Shown: positions 22,701-37,700, counted from the stretch's first letter. The stretch: 64,000 nucleotides of DNA from Phyllobates terribilis (GCF_046119375.1 NW_027362768.1:327980001-328044000); one strand, 5' to 3'. Numbers and translations are program-made. Notes: generated by a model not told the origin, from the sequence alone.

Positions 22701-25700
22701 CTGGTCGGCTTTGGAAAGTGTATTCAGCACTGCAGCTTTTCAGAGTGAAGCATACCTGGCTGCAGCCGCGCTGCCGGGCTCTGATCCATGCTGCTTGTGC
22801 TTCAGGCAGCAGGAATCTAACAACTGGTTCCATTTAGATGGGTAAAATTACAAAGTACTTGTAAATAAATAATAATAAAAAAAGCAACTTTGCAATTTCC
22901 CTTTTAAGATAAAAATCTAAAATGTTCTTAAAAATGGAGGGATTTTTAATTCTATAGTGCACAGCTCATTGACTTGGTTGCAGTCTGGCAGAAGTGGCCG
23001 GTCTCCTAGGCGAGGAGCGCAGCACTTGCAGGCTCTTAGGGCTCTTTCACACGTCCATGTCTCCAGTACGTGGGGTGACAGTTTCCACACGTATCGGAGA
23101 CACTGAAACACGTAGACACATGAATGAGTCTGCACACATGTCAGTGTGTCTCCAGGGACCGTGTGCTCCACACGCTGACATGTCTGTTTTTGGCCGGCAG
23201 CACGGATCACACAGACACATTCAAGTCAATGGGACAGTGTAAACATATACCGCACACAGATGCCATCCGTGTGACACGTACCGGCGCTTGGGAATCACTG
23301 TACAGTTAGCGCTGTTCCCAATTTCCGGGTGCTGAACGCTGCCCTCATCATTGTCCCCTGCCAGTTCCTGCGATCAGCGCCAGCAGGGGATAATGATGAG
23401 TAGTAGTCTGCTCCCGCAGCGTCCACCTGCAAAAATAAGACTAAAATAAAAAAAATCCATATACTCACCTGTCCTAAGTGTCCCCCGCTGTAATCTATGC
23501 GACCGCTCACACCAAGGAGCCGGGGAGAATGACTCCTGCAGCGAGCGGGTCCCGGAGCTGCGCTCAGTGAGCGTTTTCCTGTCACTCGCTGAGCTCAGCT
23601 CTGGTTTTCACACGTATGCCACATAGGTGCACACAGACACAGATATCTCCGGTACTGTTTTTTCCGTTACCGGAAATATCAGGACTTGTGAAAGAGCCCT
23701 TAGCTTCAGTCTCCATGCACTTTTTCAATGCTCGCCAGCACTTAACCCCTTTGGTAATTACAGGTTGAGGAAGCGTGCAGTAATGGGACAGTATCAGTAA
23801 AAAGGAGGGCAGGAGTCACATTTCAGCTGGGGTCTCGCCTGACACTTTTATGATACTAGTAGCATCTCGTCCTGCAGTGCGGCACTGATATTACAGCAAT
23901 ATACTGCGAAGACTGACGACTGGGTGAAACGCGTGGGGCTGTGTTTTCCAGACTTTCTGGAGGAGAAATGCAATGAGCTGTGGAAAGTCAATATTGGCGA
24001 GCTGCAACGTGTCTGCTGTGTATTGACCTTCGCTCTTCTGCGGTTATGATACCTGACCTTGATACAACTTGATTTATCTCTGTGAGCAGCGAGTTCTCCC
24101 CCAGACCGGCCGTGATGCTCCATGCAACGTTTTCCACATTTTCTAGCTCGTTCTCTCCCCTTCTGATGACAGCAGCTCTTTGTGTCCCCGTCCATATTCG
24201 TGTTTGTGATCCGGCTTTTCGGCTAAGCGCACAGCTCTCCTTTGTCTCGATTGTTCTCCTGTTATAACAGGACTTTACTTGTGGATTGGCGCTTTCACGG
24301 CCTGATGACGGCGGAAGAGACTTGTGCAAAAACTGGGGAACGCACTGCAGTTATTGAAGCTGAGGAACAACTAGTGAAATGAAAGGGGTTGTCTGAAGTT
24401 CAGTGTAGGGAGCCTGGATGCCTGAGTACACGGAGTAATAGCCGTTTTCAGGTTTCTTCCTTTTATTTTATTTTGGTGCATAGAATAGTGTTACTCACCT
24501 GTCCTTGCTCCAGCGCTGGGCTTTGTGTCTTCGTTCCCGTACAGCCGGCTCTCTCTGTGCTATTGACCTGTGATGTCCTCATCCAAGGCCTTTAAAACTC
24601 ACTTAGGAAGCTGTGCTCTGCCTGAGTAGTCAGGTAGTCAAGTTGCACTTCTTGCTTTGCCCCGGCGCGCGTTCCCTGCTTTGCCCCGGCGCGCGTTCCC
24701 TGCTTTGCCCCGGCGCGCGTTCCCTGCTTTGTCCCGGCGCGCGTTCCCTGCTTTGCCCCGGCGTGCTAAGGTGCCTGAGTGCTGTCCAGCAAGCAGCTTC
24801 TACTACCTGGTGCTGTTCGCACTATCAATGCTACTGTATCAAGACAGCTGCCAGTCTGTTTGTCTCAGCTATTCCTGGTGCTGTCCACACTCTCTACTCT
24901 GCTGCATTAAAATACCTGCCAGCCTACTTGTCTCTGCTATTCCAAGGTGCCCTTCTTCTCAAGCAACAATATAGCTGATTGCCTACTCAACTCTGCTGTT
25001 CATGTATGCTGTCCACACTGCTGTCTGCACATTTGGCTCTGCTGATCCACCTTCTGCCTGCATATCCTTCTCTACTGCTCCTCTCTGTTCTGCAGTCTTG
25101 ATCTGCTGCATCATCACCTCCGGTCTGTGCTGCTGACCCTGACTTGCTCCTGAGCCCATAATATATAGATAGTGTAGTTCACTACACTATTCTAAACTGA
25201 GACATCCAATACAAATACAAGTATTTTTTTTTTTAACATGGGAGCGCAGTACAGTGGCATTGGCAGGCCTCATACCACTGATGCACAGTGAAAAGCAGTG
25301 TGAATACCGTCCGAGCATCAGCAGGTGTCCTGAATGGCTGCAGTCATATCTCTTTATGCAGTTTTACTTCTCCCAGAGAGAAGGTTTGTACTAATTCTTC
25401 CAGGATATCTAAATGTAACTTCGCTTTTAGCTGAGAGTAGCAGAAGTTGTGGTGTCGCCAGAGTTGTTTCTATTGCTTGTGACGTGAAGGTGGGTGAAAT
25501 GGATCTGACCCTGGCAGTGCTGTGGGTTTACCATGTGGGGTCGGCTGCCCACTCCATAGCGTGTTACTTCTCAATAGGGGGGTGCAGCTTCCTATGAAGT
25601 TCCCGGAAAGCGGCACATGTGCTCTGAATGGACCGTCTTCTAGAAATACCCTTTAATGTTGGAGGAGAAAAAACACTGATATTGGGAACATCTGTTGTGT

Positions 25701-28700
25701 GAATGCTGAGCACAGTTTGGCGGATTTATCACAGCTGTAAACAGACTGCAGTAATGGCCATTATTCACGAGAACACGATCGCCGGGTCATTATTGGGATC
25801 ACAGTGAAAAGACTTCACATTCATGTAAAATATTTAGATTTGAGAGTCCCCAGTGGTTGATACCTTTTAATGGCTAACTGAAAAGATGGTAACAAATTGC
25901 AAGCTTTCGAGACTACGCAGGTCTCTTCATCAGGCACAGTATAACACAAAATCTGAAGAGTCACATATTTATACACAATAAGACACAAGGAAAAAAAATG
26001 CAATAGGTAAGACAGGTGATGAAAAGCAGAGTTATTGTGGAAGAGATAAACAGTTCTGGCTATAAATATTTTAGCAGTTAATAGATAAGGAGTGTGAAGG
26101 TTTTATGATCCTGTGACTAGGTCCAGTGTTGTGATGGCCTCACAGGTCTGAGGAGCACATTCCTTAGTTGATGTAGAATGACATAAATCCATGCGACACA
26201 TTCATTCCTGCTCTGAAAGTGTTAAAGGTCATCATCAGTTTATATTCTGAGACTCTCCTTTCTCTCTGAGATTTGAAGTTACCTTTTAATACTAGTAATT
26301 TCATATCTTTTATGCTGTGATCAGGGGAACAAAAATGCTTGGCTACAGGTAGATCTATTCTTTTTCCTTTTATTGTGTAGCGATGATGATTCATCCTTGT
26401 TCTAAGTTTTTGCCCTGTCTCCCCTACATAAAGACCCCCAGCTGGACATTTGGTACATATAATAATTAAGTACACTACATTAGATGTGATACAGCTGAAC
26501 GTACCTGGGATCTTATAGTCCTGATGTGAATTGGGAATCTTTATCTTGTCTGTGGTCGTTATAAACGGACAGGTTTTACATTTTTTCTGGTTGCAAGGAA
26601 TTCATGTAAAATCCTTTTATTTGTATTGCCCTTTTTATTGCTTTTTTGTTTTAAATGGGTTTTCCCACAAACAAAAGTTCATTTTAATAGATTTTGGAAT
26701 AATAATAATTTTTACAATTGGATGTGTTTAAAAAAATGTTCCTGTGCTGAGATAATCTTATAAATGTGCCCCTGCTGCGTACTGTGTAATGGCTGTGTCT
26801 AACTGTATAGGAACATGGTCTGATCATACCACAGCTCCTGGGCAGGGGAAGAAAAAAAGAGGATACAGACAGGACAGCATGGGATCGCAAATTATTCTTT
26901 TTGTGAGATAAAACATTTCCGTTCCTGTTTTTAAACAATGTTTTCCTTCAAAGAATGAATCAGCTGTGATCCCCTGCTGTCCTGTCTGTATACTCTTTTT
27001 CTCCCCCCTCCCCTGCCCAGGAGATGTGGTATGATCAGACCATGTCCCTGTACAGTCAGACACAGCCATTACACAGTACACAGCAGGGGCACATTTATAA
27101 GATTATCTCAGCACAGGAACATTTTATTTAAACACATCCAATTGTAGAAGTTATTATTCCAAGATCTATTGGTTAAAATGAACTTTTGTTAGTCGGAAAA
27201 CCCCTTTAAGTCCAGCTAATGGGCGCTGATGGACGTCTATTCCTCTGTGAGCAACTAAAACGGGCTGTCGGGTCTTTTTTTTTTTTAATGTCCAACATTG
27301 CAAGTTTTGTAACTTTACGTCTTACTAAAAATCATTTCTGTTCTCAAAAACAGAGGGATTTTTAATTTTCTAATGCACTGCTTGATGCCTAGTTACCAGT
27401 CACCTCTGCAGTCTGAGTGACCGGTTTCCTAGGCAAGGAGTACACACCGCTTGCAGGCTCAATGCTTTAAAGCCTGCAAGCGCTGCTCCGGCCAGCTTCA
27501 ATGTCCCTGCGCTTCTCCTATGCTGCAGAGGTAACGCTGCCTCTGCAAGCGACCCTCTGAGTGTGTTCAATTTGAACCACCCTTGCCCTTGTCCGAACTG
27601 TCAAATTTCAGGAGTTCACCAACCTGGGAGCTATCTTGAAGAAAGAAGCTGAGAGCGCTCCTTTAAAGGGAACCTGTCACTAGGTTTTACCCTGGTGTAT
27701 GTGTCAGATATCACGCGTATGCAGTTTAGCAGTGAATTGGCGCATGTGCATCAGAATCATTTTCATTCTGAGCATACGCCAACCAAAGTGGGGACCAATA
27801 GACATAAGTTTGTGCTGCTTAGGATTTCTCAGCAGGGTTTGCAGAGGACAAACTCCATCAGTGATAGGTCACCTACCCACAAGTCATCACTTATCATATT
27901 TGCATTTTTCAGATGGACTATATATAAGTAAAACCTGTCTTTGCCCAACATTAGTGAAACAGTCAGCAGTTGTAAAATCTGACTGCTGCAAAGCATCTGA
28001 CCATGTTTGTTGCCTACATTTTTCAATTGTATATTAGAAACTGTCAGCAAGCAGGCCAGCAGTTATTGGATCTTCTAGCTCCGAATTGACTTCACGTTTA
28101 GGGCAGAGATTTTCTTCCGCTGGTCATTTTATAGGAGACGTGTTGCTGCACTATCACACCTAAGATTGTAAAATGCCGATCACGCGGTCACGGCTTGTGA
28201 TTTCTTTTTTTCTACTTGTGCGTTTCCTGGAGTTATTTTTATCACCAGGTAAAGATAAAAATCTTTCGGAGCCGTTTGTGACAAGAAACCTTTCCTGCAC
28301 GGCCACATTTATTAAAGGGCATCCAGTGCCTAGAGGAGAGGGCGCTCCAGCCGCACAGCGACCGCTCCGAGCCAGTGACCTCTATCGGGGAAGTTTTTGA
28401 AAGCAATGACCCAGATGTTTAAGCTTTTCAACTATTTGGTGGCAATACTGTAAAAATGTATCTGTATTAAAACGCCATCGTCACCACCAGGCCCAGTGTC
28501 CGAAAGGAAGGTGGACACACTCCGCCTGGTCTGGATTTTTAGCAGAGATGTAACTTGAAGTCCCAGACCTCATTGTCGACAGGCGTCTGGACGACCCCTA
28601 TAAGCTAAGAACCACTCCCAGCATTGGTAGATCGCACAAACATTAATGATTTCAGTCGGTGCTTTATATACTATACCTTTCCTGATGCCACATCCACAGA

Positions 28701-31700
28701 TCATGTAACATCACAGAGCAGGGTCACCGATGGCAGGAAAGTCACCAACACTCTGCTGACCCCATAACTTCGCAGTCCAGATCTCCTCTGGTATTAATAT
28801 CAGCACAAACACTGCGCCCCCTCTGGGAGCTTCATGGCTGAGCATCTGCATGCAGCCTTACATCACCAAGTAAAATGCCGAGCGTCGGATGGAGTGGTGT
28901 AAAGTCGCCACCACTGGACTCTGGAGGAAACGTGTTCTGTGCAGTGACGGATCACACTTCTCTATCTGGCGTCTGATGGAGGAGTCTGGGTTTGGTGAAT
29001 GCCAGGAGGATGTTACCCGCCTGACTGCATTGTGCCCGCTGTATAGCTTGGTGGAAGAGGGATAATTCTATGGACTTGTTATCAGGGGTCGGCATTGGGC
29101 CCTTGGTTCTATTAAAGGGAAATCTTAATGTTTCAGCACAAGAGATTGTGGACAATTATAGCTTCCAGGTTTGCGGGAACTGTTTGGAGAATTCCCTTTT
29201 CTGTTCCCCATGACTGTGCCCAGTGCACGAGGTCCATACAGACATGGTTGGGGGAGTTCAGGGTGGCATAACATGATCGGCCGCACAGAGCCCCGACCTC
29301 AGCCCAATCCTACACCTTTGAGAAACTGATGGCAACTGGATATGTGAACAGAGCCTGACATTCTGTACTGCATTCACGATCCAGTATGCTTCAGAGCTGA
29401 AATCTCCGCTTCTGATATAGGATAAGCTAATCTTGTGAATCCAGCTCTGATCATGTAAAGACTTGCAGGTGGGAATACCCCTTAATCAGAAGTGTCCGTC
29501 CACCCCTTGAGATTTTTGCTGTTCAGTCATAGTGACCCCCTATCTATATTAGATTGTACTTGTGCAATCGTCCTGTTTACTTCTGATATTTCCGCTATGC
29601 TTTACACTGCTTTATTACTTTTTTGCACGAGTGAGAAAGTCTTACAAACGTTGCATTTTATTTTCCCAGCAAACAGTCCAGTTGTTGAACCTGCATAGGA
29701 AACGCTCTGAGTCGTCGGTGCCATTCTTCTCAATAAGTGATTACAAGTTTCCTGCACCTTTCCTATTTTGTAAGATTCTCTTCTGTTTTTGTAGCCGGTC
29801 ATTCTCTTCCGATGTTTCTACACTTCTCTGTAACTACCTGATTCAGCAGAAGTGGCCATGTATAATCCAGCGTTTCCTGCTTATTCCCTGCGCCAGGATT
29901 TCACAATCTGTGGTCGCCCCGGGAGGAGGACGCTGAACAGATTGCTCCACATCAGCTTCCCAACACCCAATACTGAGGAAACGGTTTTAGGAAAGTTAGA
30001 AAAAGTTTATAAAGTAGCAAACTATATATTGTATGGCTGCCCCCCAGCCTGGGACTGAAGAGGGACAGTGTTGGAGATTTGGGGCCCCCTGCTGGAACAG
30101 AGCAGCGTCCTATACCAGTATCACCTATACATGAATCACTGGGGGACAGCTGGGACCCCCCCCCGCAAATCCTAAGATCTTGTACAGAAGATTTTTCAGC
30201 AGTCTCATTATTATTACAGACATGATTACAATGACAAGTAACGTGTGTGTGTGTATATAGTAGATAACACAGGATACACCATTCACAATAGGTGATGTCA
30301 CAGCTCACCACCTCCTCTGGTACAATAACTGATAACACCTCTATATACAGTAGATAACATAGGATCCACCATTTACATTAGGTGATATCACAGCTCACCT
30401 CCCCCTCCTCCCTGCACAATGACTGATATCACCTCTATATACAGTAGATAACACAGGATCCACCATTCACAATAAGTGATATCACAGCTCACCTCCTCCT
30501 CCTTTAAAGTGACTCATAACACAGGATCCACCATTCACAAAAGGTGATGTCACAGCTCACCTTCTCCCCACTCCTGTACAATGACTGATATTACCTCTGT
30601 ATACTGTAGATAACTCAGGATCCACCATTCACAATAGGTGATATCATAGTTCTCCTCCTGGACAATCACTGATGACACCTGCATATATAGTACATAACAT
30701 AGGATCCATCATTCACAATAGGTGATGTCACAGCTCACCTCCTCCTGTACAATTACTGATAACACCTCTATATACAGTAGATACCACAGGTTCCACCATT
30801 CAATATAGGTGATGACACAGCTCACCTCCTCCTCCTCCCTGCACAATGACCTGTATAGGAGCATTCTCAGATTTGTATTTTACAGATGTGATCGGAGTCA
30901 GTCTGCTGCTGCTAATGTCCATGTGCCCAAACAGGAAATAGGAGTCTTAAAGTAGGCCTAGTGGCCAGAGTGAAAATTGCAAGATTTTGATTCTTTTTTT
31001 TTTATTTAGTAAAAATTGTGATGTGAAAGTGTAAGAATAAAACAAATACATTTAACACAACCTGATTTAAACAATAGATCATTTTCTGATGACATGTTTC
31101 CTTTAAAGCCCCAATAAATGTATTGCTAAGAGGGCGGACGCTGGTATAAATAATAGAGATTATGCCCCGTCAGTCCTGACACCAGAAATGACCGATAATG
31201 CCTTCTTATTTGATCACTGGCCATCGCAGTGACCTGTCAGAGCCAGCGACGGACTGACGGGGCATTTTCTGCTGGTTAAATGCCAGAATAGTAACTCTGA
31301 GGATCGGTGAGAGCATCATTGAGCAATAGATGTAACAACTCTTATCATCTTTCCTCCTTCCCTTCCTGTATTCCCCCATCCAGCAGATCTGGAGAGCTGA
31401 GCTTTTTGGATCCAGTGATTGCTGTGATCTGTTGTGATTACAGCAGTGATCGTGGGGTTTTTGGACGTCCTCGGTGCAGGAGTAAAACACTGCGGAGGGT
31501 GTTTGCATTCTTACAAGGTTTACATGTTGGAATTCAGCTAAGCTTGTTTTTTTTCAGCTTAAAGGGAAGCTGTCATAAGAAAACGTCTTATTGTTTTAAA
31601 TCAGGTTTTTGTCTCACATGTATTTTTTTTTTTTTAATTATTTTTGCTTTTTTTTTTTTATTTTGACTAATTTCTGGTCCATTTTAAAAAGAGTTTTAAG

Positions 31701-34700
31701 CAGTTTCCTTATCAGTTAGTGTAATTCCTGCTTCTGATGAGAACACAGGATCCACCATTCACAATAGGTGATGTCACAGCTCACCTCCTCCTCCTCCTGT
31801 ACAATGACTGATAACACCTCTATATACAGTAGATAACACAGGATCCACCATTCACAATAGGTGATATCACAGCTCACCTCCTCCTCCTGTTCAATGACTG
31901 ATAACACCTCCATACACAGAGGATAACACAGGATCCACCATTCACAATATGTGATGTGGCAGCTCACCTCCTCCTCTTCCCTGGAGCATTTTAGAAAGCG
32001 TTTTCAGCAGTTACCTTATCATCAGAGGCAGGAATTGCACTAACTGATAACACCTCCATACCCAGATGATAACACAGGATCCATCAATCACAATAAGTGA
32101 TGTCACAGCTCACCTCCTCCTATTCCCTGGCCCTTTTTAGAAAGCATTTTCAGCAGTTTCCTTAGCAGTTAGTGTAATTCCGGAAACTGCTGAAAACTAT
32201 TTCTAAAAAGGACCAGGTAACAGGAGGAAGGGAGCTGCGATATCGCCTATTGTGACTGGTAGATCTTGTGTTCTCATCTGGGTATAGAAGTGTTAGCAGT
32301 TAGTGTAATTCCTGCCTCTGATGATAACACCTTTATTCCCAGGTGATAACACAGGATCCACCAATCATAATAGGTGATGTCGCAGCTCCCCTCCTCCTCT
32401 TCCCTGCACAACTACCATTGCTCACGCTCATTGGATGCTTCAATATAAGCGATAGGTCATTGTGGCTAATGTACATGTGTGAACGATTGTACAATGGGCT
32501 GTGTTTGGTTTTGCAGTTTAGCTCTTTTTAATAGACTGGGGCTGCAGAATGAGTTAACTGAGAATCTCTCAGTAAGCTAGTTTGGACAGGAGAGTTTGTA
32601 ACTCTCTAACTCCTCTCTGCTATGGCCACTGTTCATAAATCAGCCCAGAGAATTTCAGGAAAAAAAAACATTACAAAGTTACAAACAGCTTTTAAGTTAA
32701 CTCATTTTGTAGCCAGCAATCTGCAAGGAAATGGTGACTGCAAAAGCCAAAAGGTGCAACATTTTAAATGAAACCCTATTGCAAAAAAAATAAATTGTAG
32801 CCCGAAATCCATGCATTTAACTTAAATTGTTCTTAAACACCATGTAAAGCCGATTTTGGTAGCCAATACAACAATCCATACGCTATTAAACAGGTCTTGG
32901 ACCTGATGAGGCTAGTGCATTTACTGTGAAAATCAATTTTTAGAATGACTATATAATCCCAATACTAAGATGAGCATTTTCTGAGTCTCATTCAGAAAAT
33001 ATCGGACAGGAAAGATTTTAAAAAAGAATCATACAGCCATCCTGGCATAGATTTCAAGGTAAGTATGCCGGCCTCATTAGGTCTAAGAGATCTATTTAAT
33101 AATCTGGTGACAGATCTGCTTTAAAGGGGTCGACCACAATTAGAAAAAAAAAATCAAAACTGCTTTCCTTCAGAAATGGCACCATCCTTTGATATAAATG
33201 GGACTCAGTTGCAATACCACATACAGCCAGTGCACAGATGTGGCGCTGTTTTTTGGCAGAAATTTTTATTAATTTTTACAAACATTAAAGGCAATCTGAG
33301 AAAAGAAAAGCGGATATCCCGCTCCTCTCTGCCGTGCCGCCGTCTTCTCTTTTCCATTATTCGCTTGCTCCGCGGTATATGACTCTACCGGGGACGATGT
33401 TTGGAGGAAATGAGGGTGAATTACTCAATTCTGCTCTTTTGTTTGCCAGGAATACATCATACGTGTCCAGCGAGGCATATCCATGGAGAACAGCTGGCAG
33501 GTAATTCATTTATTTTCCTTTCGCCGTTCTCTTCTACATTGCAAACACGTCCCGTAGTCACAGCGGCTACGAGACACCGGGCCGTTAATATAGCCGCCCG
33601 TTAGAACATTGTGTATCCAGACGACGGAGAAAAAAATGCGCCGTCCTTGCATTTTTAATATGGACTCACAGAGTGGATGGCGAGAAATCGATGTGACGCC
33701 ATCGTGTCCACGCGGAACAGAATTTATTGGGACCTATAGTTTATTTCCTGCTACATACAAATTCTGCCCCTTCATCAGGAAGGAATACACATTTGGTACT
33801 GTTTAATTTCCACTTCTTCCTCTCTCGGGACTCAAATATGGACCTTAAAGGGAAGTTTTACTACTAAAAGTAGCGGTTTGGCTGCACAGGTCCTAGTACA
33901 GCAAGAAAAACGATGCCTGTCTTATAGTAATCCGATGTTCCATCACTGAGAAATCGAGCTTTGAAGCCACATGCAAATTAGCCTAAAAGTGCACTGGGGG
34001 CGTGTCTATGCCCTCCAGCACGCCCATAACAAATTCATTCTCAATTCACCGGTAAAATCCGTCTTCAGTTAATTACTGAGATAGGAGATGACGGTTGGTG
34101 CTCATAAAGTTCTATGGAGAACTGCAAGTGTCGTCTCTAGTTCCTCCCTCCTCCATAGAACTTTATGAGCACCAACTGTCATCTCCTATCTCGGTAATGG
34201 GAATGCAGATTTTACCCAAGAATTGAGATCACACCGGGAGGAGAAAGAAGCGGATTTCTCTGATAAGATATATTAGAAAGTTTCTTATTTTCTTGCGCAC
34301 TATTGATTTCTGAAATAAAAATTAAAGGGACAGTGACTCTTTAAAGAAAAATTCTCAGTCATTGTAATTGCACGTGAAATGTTGTTATTTTTCATTGGAG
34401 GCGCTGCTCTTAGTAACTCTACCTCTAGCTGCAAAGGAGCGGCAGATTGTAAAGGGCTCATCGGCTCCCGCCAGGCACTATGGTCCCATAAATCTGTCTC
34501 CGTGTCAGGACCGCCGCGCTGTCTCCCCCATCCAACATTAAAAATGTATAAGGGCACATGAGGCTTTATGGCGGATTCATGTGTGATTTGTGTCTTGCAG
34601 ATAATCAGAAGATACAGTGACTTCGACATGCTGAACAACAGCCTGCAGGTACCGTACTCTCCATGCTGGATCCGGGGGCCACATATCCCTGCCCGGCAGG

Positions 34701-37700
34701 CAGGGGAATGGGTGGGGGTCTAATGATACATTTGCAAAATAGACTCTAAAAGCACAATGCAAATTCATCCTAATTCGGAAACCCTAAAAACTTTCTGGCG
34801 CCCCCTTACAATAATTTTCCTGGCTCGTGCATAGAATGCTAAAATAACAGTGTAGACTGACACAAGTGTACATCAGTGGATATTGGGAGTGTTACGTCAC
34901 ATTAATATGCATATTACAAAGCGCATGGACATGGGCGACACAACCTTAAACATATCATCATGGCTCCTACAACTCTTAAAGGGGTTGTCTGATTAAATTA
35001 AAACTTTCAAGGCAGCATGGATGGGGTTAAAATTAACACACGGACCAGCACATGCGCCAGGACTTGAAGTAACTGTTCTTTAGTCTGCAGACCACTGAGG
35101 CCTGTGATAGGACTGGTGCACCTGAGCACTGCAGCCAATCACCTGACCGCTGCAGCCAGTCACAGGAGAACCTCAACGTCCTGTTTTCTGAACCCCAGTG
35201 GCTTGCACTGCTGTGGCAGAGACTCCCAAGTGTTGCTTTTTTTTATTTTTTTTTATTTTAAAGCACTTTTTTGTTTTTTCATCAATGATGGACAATCCCT
35301 TTAAGAGAAAATGCTGCCTAATTTGGATCCTTTTTTCAAAATGACCCCGATTTGACTGCCCTGCGTTGCATGAAGGTGACACGGCTGAGATCCGGATCAC
35401 TACCCGTGTCCCCGGTTCTGCTCGCTTTCTCATTTCTCGCCATCTTCGCTCTATAATGCGCCTCGTTCCAGATGTAATTGGATTTTCAATCGCTTGTCAG
35501 AAGTGATCATTTCCATCGCTCAGAGTCCTCGCTTCATCTCTTCGTTATGGCGGCTGGCCGGGGCTTTCCTCCCCTTTTAATGTGCACAAATTGTATTTTT
35601 GGGACAGATGGCGCACCGAGGCGTAGAAGCGGCACGTGCGAGCGCCATACCAGTTCAGGTTACAGAACCCGGCGGGTGCGGAACACAACGGCTTATTTCA
35701 AGGTCTGTCCCTGCAACATTATCCGGCAGCCTGCCGACGCGCGTCCCTGCAGCTCCTCTCAGAAGCCGTTCTCGCTGACGCTCATTAAAGAGGAAGCGCA
35801 CTTTCATTTGATGCGTGCATTGATATTTAATCATTTATTTTTATTTAAAATTAAGCCTGAAACCAGCTGTTCTGTATCAGTCCCCGGTGCGGGCGTCAGC
35901 TGGACTGCTGATAAAATCATTCATTTGCTACGGGTGTGAAAGAAATTTGCTCTCCGCGCTTTATCCCCTCGCTGATCAAAAGCCTCTTTATTCCGGCGCT
36001 CTAGTTTCCTGATTGAAATGTGACTATGAAATCAGATGTGTACAAATGATTAACGCTTTGTGGCACTTTTATTTTATCCATTGGATCATTTGATTTGTCT
36101 TCCTAATTAAAACTAAGCTTCGCTGGAAGGTTAAGATGCGATTGCATTCAGCTCTTCTGAGAGAGAGGAAGGAAAGGAAATACATATACATTTTTTTTCC
36201 TTTTTTTTTTCTACAGATTTTTCTATTTCACTATTCCTCTTTTGTTCCTCCTGGAAATCTAAGATTTCAATGACAATTAGGCGCCGCAGTTTCCTTTGTC
36301 AATACTACGTGTCACTAAACTATTGAAAGTGTTAAAATAATAAAATGCATTATATTTGCCTGTCCTAGGCTCTTGCCTGTCTTATGACACCGCAGCTGCC
36401 GACCCTCCGGCAGGGCGGGCCTCCTGCAGCTGCCGACCCTTCCGGCAGGGCCGGGCCTCCTGCAGCCGCCGACCCTTCCGGCAGGGCCGGGCCTCCTGCA
36501 GCCGCCGACTCTTCCGGCAGGGCCGGGCCTCCTGCAGCCGCCGACCCTTCCGGCAGGGCCGGGCCTCCTGCAGCCGCCGACCCTTCCGGCAGGGCCGGGC
36601 CTCCTGCAGCCGCCGACCCTTCCGGCAGGGCCGGGCCTCCTGCAGCCGCCGACCCTTCCGGCAGGGCCGGGCCTCCTGCAGCCGCCGACCCTTCCGGCAG
36701 GGCCGGGCCTCCTGCAGCCGCCGACCCTTCCGGCAGGGCCGGGCCTCCTGCAGCCGCCGACCCTTCCGGCAGGGCCGGGCCTCCTGCAGCCGCCGACCCT
36801 TCCGGCAGGGCCGGGCCTCCTGCAGCCGCCGACCCTTCCGGCAGGGCCGGGCCTCCTTTTCTTCCAGAGCTGAGGCTAGTGATTGGGAAAAGAAAAATAT
36901 TGACAGCTGAGTGTTACCAAGCGGGGGCATGTCCCTACAACCCTCGCACTGTCCAAGCAGTGGTGATAGTGCCAGATTACAGGGATACACGACGATCACA
37001 AGGGGAATGGTGACACCAGGCTGTCAACTTCGTTATTTCTAGGAGGAATAACAGAGGAATGACACAACACAGAGATCTAAGAAAACAGGCTCCAGAATTG
37101 TTATTTAATGGAGAATAATATTTACTAAAACGAGCAGGACAGGAATGGTGACAGGTTTTCTATAAAGGGGTTGTCTTGTCCACTCAGGACATCATTTACT
37201 TGTACGCCCTAGTAGTATATTTGGATATTGTAAGCAGCAATCTCCAGCTTTAGACTCCCGTCTATCGAGACTGAAGTGTCCTCCCAAGAGAACCAGCCAC
37301 AAGAATGGAAGATCAGGTCTCTTATTGAATTAAGCTTCTCAGGGTTATAACAGATGACCACCCGCTTTTCTTCCACTATCTGACCATCCGCCCCCCAAAG
37401 CTGGTCACTTTTGTTATGAAATAGGAATATGCTTCCATTTTTATACCTACATTAATTGTCAAATATAAGAAATATCATATCGTTTGTAAGCCCCTTATTG
37501 TAATCAGGAGGTCACTATTGGGATAAGATGTCTAAGGATTATTCTTATAGGTAAACTCGGAGAGGCGGAATCGGGACAGAATATACAGTAGTCATTCCCC
37601 ACCTAGCCTCTGTGGGTCATACTTTGTCCATCTAGCAGCCCGTCCCAACCCTCCCGTCCATCTGGGAACCCGGAGCCTGTCCATCTGGGAGCCCGGAGCC

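Noticed and set aside
29560-29950. Possible processed pseudogene or exon in PXK intron 1
   Set aside because: All frames inspected have stops and I recognised no protein family.
32903-32932. CTGATGA...GAAA pair
   Set aside because: No stem II or stem I pairing could be built.
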